A stretch of 64,000 bases of DNA from an uncultured Poribacteria bacterium (GTDB lineage: Bacteria > Poribacteria > WGA-4E > WGA-3G). Of the stretch, positions 59,661 through 64,000 are shown one piece after another. The notes beneath the pieces are model-generated. The model ran no database searches. It was not told where the DNA came from and saw only the letters and a list, made by a program, of their open reading frames with translations. Each line of letters starts with the position of its first letter. Positions within the stretch are counted from its first letter, which is position 1. Made by a program: the position numbers and the translations under genes. The stretch spans positions 1,376,001-1,440,000 of the forward strand of contig CATQHZ020000001.1 of NCBI GenBank assembly GCA_958296135.2, in the 5' to 3' direction.

Positions 59661-60371
59661 ATGACGACAACAATCGAAAAAGTCTTCCGGTCACCTTATT
59701 CGGTGCCGAATGGGCTGCAGGTTACAGACGAAGGGCTGTGGATTGCCGACCAGATTACCGACAGAGTCGCGCTCGTGGAGATTATTGCGGATGCGGACTA
59801 TACCGTGCCGAAACTCATCCGCGACATTCCGAGTGAATCTTCCAACACCAGTGGGATGGCGTATGGCGAAGGCGCGCTGTGGTTAGCCGCAAATGGGCCC
59901 GGGGAACGCTGGCGCCCTGTCCGAGAGACTGACGCGAAACCCGGCGCAAGCGAGATTTTCAAGGTGCATCCTGCTACCGGCGAAACCCTCGCGCGGTATC
60001 CGATTCCCGATGGCGGCGGCACGCACGGCGTAGAATACGACAACTACGACGAGGGCCATCTCTGGGTGCAAACCCTCAAGAATCGGGAGATCCACAAGGT
60101 GCGGACTTCAGACTGGTCCGTCCAACACACGCTACCGTTGCCTTACGACAGAGGGCACGGCACCGTTCGCGTGGCAGATGGGCTTTGGGTAACCCACACT
60201 TCCGACCGGGTTATCGTTAAACTCGATCTGGCGGATGGCACCATTTTGGATGAGATTCAGGTGCCTGAGACGTATCCTGAACCGCACGGGTTGTCCATCT
60301 ACGGCGACGATTTCCTCTATTGCGATGCCGCCTCCGGGTGGGTAGCAAGGATAAAGGCTTCCACTCTTTGA
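59661..60371 (+). CDS. Beta-propeller protein (glutamine cyclotransferase/Vgb-like)
   Basis: Repeated PNGL/SGMA/HGVE/PHGL blades followed by LW. Confidence 0.65.
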   Translation: MTTTIEKVFRSPYSVPNGLQVTDEGLWIADQITDRVALVEIIADADYTVPKLIRDIPSESSNTSGMAYGEGALWLAANGPGERWRPVRETDAKPGASEIFKVHPATGETLARYPIPDGGGTHGVEYDNYDEGHLWVQTLKNREIHKVRTSDWSVQHTLPLPYDRGHGTVRVADGLWVTHTSDRVIVKLDLADGTILDEIQVPETYPEPHGLSIYGDDFLYCDAASGWVARIKASTL

Positions 60372-60484
60372 AACCGCGTTAGGGGTGCAATGTTTTAGAA
60401 CCAAGAAACGTGTCATTGACAGCATCGATGACAGAGCACCGTGAAATCGCCAGGAACCGTACGCTTTGGGCCAATACGAAAATC

Positions 60485-61915
60485 ATGATACACATCCCAC
60501 TTTTGCGAGCGGGACGTTCCTACAAGAGTTTGAAGAACGTCCGTCTCTCACATATTAAAACCGGTGAACCGTTCGCCGAAGTGAGCCAGGCCAACCGCGG
60601 CTTGATAGCGAAAGACCTCGGGGAAATGGCGCGCTATCAGAAGGCGCTTGGAAACCATTCCTTTGAGGAATTGATTTCAATGTGCAAGGAAGCGGCGCGT
60701 CTGTTCACGACGGCAGAACTTCCGCTTGGTGAACCAATTGATGGAGAGACGCAGTCACCGGGAGCGTATATTCGTCACGTCTCCGGCACGACGGGCCTCC
60801 CTGAATCCCTCTGTTCCCAGAACATGCGGAAGATTCAGACTGTCCTGGAGGAGATGGATATGGTGCTAGACGGGCTGACGCGCGGCCTTGATATGCGCAT
60901 CTTTGATGCTGGCTGGGGATGGGGGACCCAAGAGGGGCGGACGTTAGTTTACGTTTGTGAAACCGATGCGCTGGGTGCAGTATTGCCAAGCAATTCTCCG
61001 GGTGTGCATACGCTATGGCTTCCCGCTATTCCGTTGAAAGTGCCGCTCGTGCTAAAACCGGGGCGCGAGGAACCGTGGACTCCCTATCGGATAGCGCAGG
61101 CGTTCATTGCCGCGGGATGCGCGCCAGAGGCGTTCAGTTTCTATCCCACCGATTATGTCGGCGCGAACGACATTTTGTACCGTTGCGGCCGTTCCCTGCT
61201 TTTCGGCAGCGGCTCCACGATTGCTTCGTGGGTGAACACCCCGAGTGTTGAAATTCACGGCCCGGGGCGCAGCAAAATCGCTATGGATGGGGCGCAGTGT
61301 GCACGCTGGGAAGAATATCTGGAACTCATCGTCGAGTCGGTTGCTAAAAATGGCGGCCGGTCATGTATTAATGCTTCCGGGGTGTGGGTAACCTCACACG
61401 GAGCAGAGATTGCGGCGGCGGTAGCGGCACGCTTATCGAGCATTGAACCGAAACCTCTTGAGCATCCGGATGCGCAACTCGCCGCTTGGGCGAATCCTAA
61501 GGCAGCCCAAGCCATATCCGCCGCTATTGACAGAGCCCTGAAAACGCCTGGCGCGATGGAGATGACAACCGGAGACCGGATTGTGGTGTTAGATGGCTGC
61601 ACCTTTCTCCGTCCGACGGTAATCTGGTGTGAGGATGCCGAGCATCCGTTGGCAAATACGGAATTTCCCTTTCCGTTCGTCAGCGTTGTTGAGGTGCCAA
61701 AAGCCTCCCTGGTTAAATCCATGGGGCAGACTTTGGTTGCAACCGCGATTACCGATGATGTAACGCTCATCTCAGAGGTGCTCGCAACCCCTTTAATCGA
61801 CCGGTTGAATATCGGTGCTATCCCGACGAATCAGATTTCTTGGGACAGCCCACACGAGGGGAATCTGTTTGAGCATCTCTATAAGCAACGCGCGTTCCAG
61901 TATGGCAACCTTTGA
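60485..61915 (+). CDS. Aldehyde dehydrogenase / acyl reductase (GriD/LuxC-like)
   Basis: PSNSPG; LKPG; HGPGRSK; GRSCINAS catalytic Cys; EFPFP. ORF track starts at 60410. Confidence 0.85.
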   Translation: MIHIPLLRAGRSYKSLKNVRLSHIKTGEPFAEVSQANRGLIAKDLGEMARYQKALGNHSFEELISMCKEAARLFTTAELPLGEPIDGETQSPGAYIRHVSGTTGLPESLCSQNMRKIQTVLEEMDMVLDGLTRGLDMRIFDAGWGWGTQEGRTLVYVCETDALGAVLPSNSPGVHTLWLPAIPLKVPLVLKPGREEPWTPYRIAQAFIAAGCAPEAFSFYPTDYVGANDILYRCGRSLLFGSGSTIASWVNTPSVEIHGPGRSKIAMDGAQCARWEEYLELIVESVAKNGGRSCINASGVWVTSHGAEIAAAVAARLSSIEPKPLEHPDAQLAAWANPKAAQAISAAIDRALKTPGAMEMTTGDRIVVLDGCTFLRPTVIWCEDAEHPLANTEFPFPFVSVVEVPKASLVKSMGQTLVATAITDDVTLISEVLATPLIDRLNIGAIPTNQISWDSPHEGNLFEHLYKQRAFQYGNL

Positions 61916-62838
61916 TGGGGTGGGAAACGATGAAACGTTCTAAGAAAACTTCAGCCAAAACCTATTTCAAATCCGGCAATGTGAAGGATAGGTTAGGTGA
62001 TTACAGGGGTGCTATCGCAGCCTATACCAAGGCTATTCGCCTCAAACCGGATTTCGCCGCGGCTTACGGCAGTCGCGGCCTCGCGAAGGCCCTTCTCAGT
62101 CAGCATGCTGCTGCCATCGCGGATTTTGATAAGGCACTCAAACTCAACCCTGATGATATCGGGGCTTATGTCAATCGCGGCACTGCGCAGACAGCGTTAG
62201 GGCGTTACCTTGCCGCCATTGCCGATTACGACGAGGCGCTCCGCCGGGACCCGGGGCTTGTCCCCGCCTATGTCAATCGCGGCGTTTTGAAGGATGCCCT
62301 GGGCGAGCAGCTTGCCGCCATCGAGGATTTTGACGCGGCGATTCAAATCAGCTCGGATTTTCCCCATGCTTATCTTAACCGCGGCGTTGCTAAGCGGAAG
62401 CTGGGCCGATACACTGCTGCCATCGCCGATTACGACAGAGCCATCCTGCTCAACCCTGATGAGGCCAAAGCCTATGACAACCGGGGAGTCGCGAAGGCCA
62501 TTTTGGGCAGACACGCTGCCGCCCTTTCTGATTTCGATAGGGCCATTGAGCTCAACCCGCATGATGCCGAGGCGCACTACAATCGTGGCGAATTAAAGTA
62601 TGATATGGGTGAACATCTTGCCGCCCTTTCTGATTTTGACAGCGCCATTGAACTCAAACCCCATTTCATATTGGCGTATTTCAGTCGTAGTTTGGTGAAA
62701 GTCTGGCTGGGGCGCATTTCGGAGGCGAAGCAAGAGCTCCAAATGGCGTTGAAATTCGCGGAGCGGGATGGCGATGAAGACGACGTGGCCAGAATTGCGG
62801 CGGTACTTCAGCAGCTTGATTCCGAGGATGCCTTCTAG
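61912..62838 (+). CDS. Tetratricopeptide repeat protein
   Basis: About 8 AY.NRG..AIAD(Y/F)D.AI.L.P repeats. Confidence 0.92.
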   Translation: MMGWETMKRSKKTSAKTYFKSGNVKDRLGDYRGAIAAYTKAIRLKPDFAAAYGSRGLAKALLSQHAAAIADFDKALKLNPDDIGAYVNRGTAQTALGRYLAAIADYDEALRRDPGLVPAYVNRGVLKDALGEQLAAIEDFDAAIQISSDFPHAYLNRGVAKRKLGRYTAAIADYDRAILLNPDEAKAYDNRGVAKAILGRHAAALSDFDRAIELNPHDAEAHYNRGELKYDMGEHLAALSDFDSAIELKPHFILAYFSRSLVKVWLGRISEAKQELQMALKFAERDGDEDDVARIAAVLQQLDSEDAF

Positions 62839-62875
62839 CACCGGAGGATGCTCCAAGATTTGCAGCGGTGAAAAC

Positions 62876-63292
62876 ATGGGACCACAATTGTTGTTCAATA
62901 TCGCCTCTTTACAATCGCTTTCTGCCGAGGAAACCGCGGTGCTTGACAGATACTATTTTGTTGTCAATGCCCCGGTTCAATTCATTGACATTTTGCGACT
63001 GCCTGAGGCAGACGAGATTGCAAAAGTTGCAGGCAAGATCCGGCCGTTTGAAGAGGCTTGCTGGACAGTCCACTATCGAATCTTGCTTTCCCGCGCGCTG
63101 CTATCGCCAAAATTCCGTGCCGATGAAGCCCATCCCGAAAAAGAGGCACTCCGGTGTTGGAAAAGCGGCCAAGGCGATGGGGCAGGGACACTCTCCTGGT
63201 TCACAAAAAATTCGCATCAGGTGCTAATTTTCTGTACCGCAGAGAAATCTCCTGCGGTTTTTCGTTTTTGCTTGACAAAAGCCGCGAAATAA
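62876..63292 (+). CDS. Hypothetical protein, possibly a truncated remnant
   Basis: ATG 62876 ORF with no recognisable motif. Confidence 0.35.
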   Translation: MGPQLLFNIASLQSLSAEETAVLDRYYFVVNAPVQFIDILRLPEADEIAKVAGKIRPFEEACWTVHYRILLSRALLSPKFRADEAHPEKEALRCWKSGQGDGAGTLSWFTKNSHQVLIFCTAEKSPAVFRFCLTKAAK

Positions 63293-63300
63293 GGTTTAAT
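63272..63300 (+). promoter_or_regulatory. Sigma70-type promoter
   Basis: TTGACA-N17-TTTAAT upstream of the ADH gene. Confidence 0.6.
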
Positions 63301-63391
63301 ATCATTAATACGTCTTTCATTAGAAAACGTCCAAACTTTCGGTTCCCGATTTCGTAGCGCGAGGGCCTGTCCCTCGCGTTCTCCTGAGCTC

Positions 63392-64000
63392 ATGCAAACT
63401 TTTGAATCTGAACTGAGGCAGCGCGTCATCTTTGGAGAGAATGCTATAGAGCGACTCGGCGAGGTGGCCAAGGTACTCGGTGCGCAGCGGGTATGCATCG
63501 TGACAGACCCGGGTATCCAACAGGCAGGTATTGCCGATAGGGCACTCTCGGCGTTAGCGCGCGAAGGAATGGCCTGTCACATTTTTGCCGATGTTGCGCC
63601 GAATCCGACGACGCGGCACGTTGGAGCCGCCCTCGCTTTTGCCGAGGCTCACGCGCCGATCGACATCATCGTCGGGCTCGGCGGCGGTAGCGCGATGGAT
63701 TGCGCCAAGGGTGTCAACTTCCTGCTAACAAACGGCGGGAAGATGGAGGACTATTGGGGCTCAAACCGAGCCAAACTTCCGATGCTCCCCTCCATCGGCA
63801 TTCCGACAACCGCTGGCACCGGCAGCGAAGCGCAGTCCTTTGCCTTAATTTCACAGGCAGAAACACACATCAAAATGGCGTGTGGTGATAGAAAAGCGAA
63901 GTTCAGCACCGTGATTTTGGACCCGAGGCTTCCCGATACCGTGCCGAAATCGGTAGCGGTGGCGGCAGGCATAGACGCAATCGCGCACGCTGTTGAAAGT
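63392..64000 (+). CDS. Iron-containing alcohol dehydrogenase (partial, runs off right edge)
   Basis: Manual translation: MQTFE..IVTDPG..PNPT..GLGGGSAMDCAK..IPTTAGTGSEAQS. Confidence 0.92.
   Translation, partial: MQTFESELRQRVIFGENAIERLGEVAKVLGAQRVCIVTDPGIQQAGIADRALSALAREGMACHIFADVAPNPTTRHVGAALAFAEAHAPIDIIVGLGGGSAMDCAKGVNFLLTNGGKMEDYWGSNRAKLPMLPSIGIPTTAGTGSEAQSFALISQAETHIKMACGDRKAKFSTVILDPRLPDTVPKSVAVAAGIDAIAHAVES

Overview
Bacterial chromosomal window of moderately high GC. Recurrent dockerin, cohesin and 'NYPNPFNPETWIPY' C-terminal domains suggest Candidatus Poribacteria, a sponge-symbiont lineage; this is an inference and was not verified. 1-24 kb is a minus-strand surface-polysaccharide locus: two GT4s, Wzi-like, Wzy-like, MurJ-like, epimerase, four sulfotransferases, a clan GH-A hydrolase and two Tat-exported dockerin-bearing sulfatases. 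24-37 kb holds mixed metabolic and DNA-processing genes (TrpD-like, dehydratase, sialate O-acetylesterase, DNA methylase, recD2, Uma2, mutY). 38-50 kb is the main result: four tandem secreted cohesin-dockerin-FGE/C-type-lectin-fold genes carrying six variable regions. Their variation sits mostly at codon positions 1-2 and reconstructs an AAC-rich DGR template, yet no RT or TR is in the window. Next to them are a cohesin lipoprotein and a second cohesin protein, suggesting a cohesin-dockerin-assembled display of DGR-diversified binders. 51-64 kb has PQQ-like propellers, a gene split by an IS607 element (tnpA broken by a 91-bp Y-shaped mini-element, tnpB intact) and a GriC/GriD-like reductase pair with an Fe-ADH. 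GTAG-type REP palindromes are abundant throughout, and many sit in frame inside proteins.
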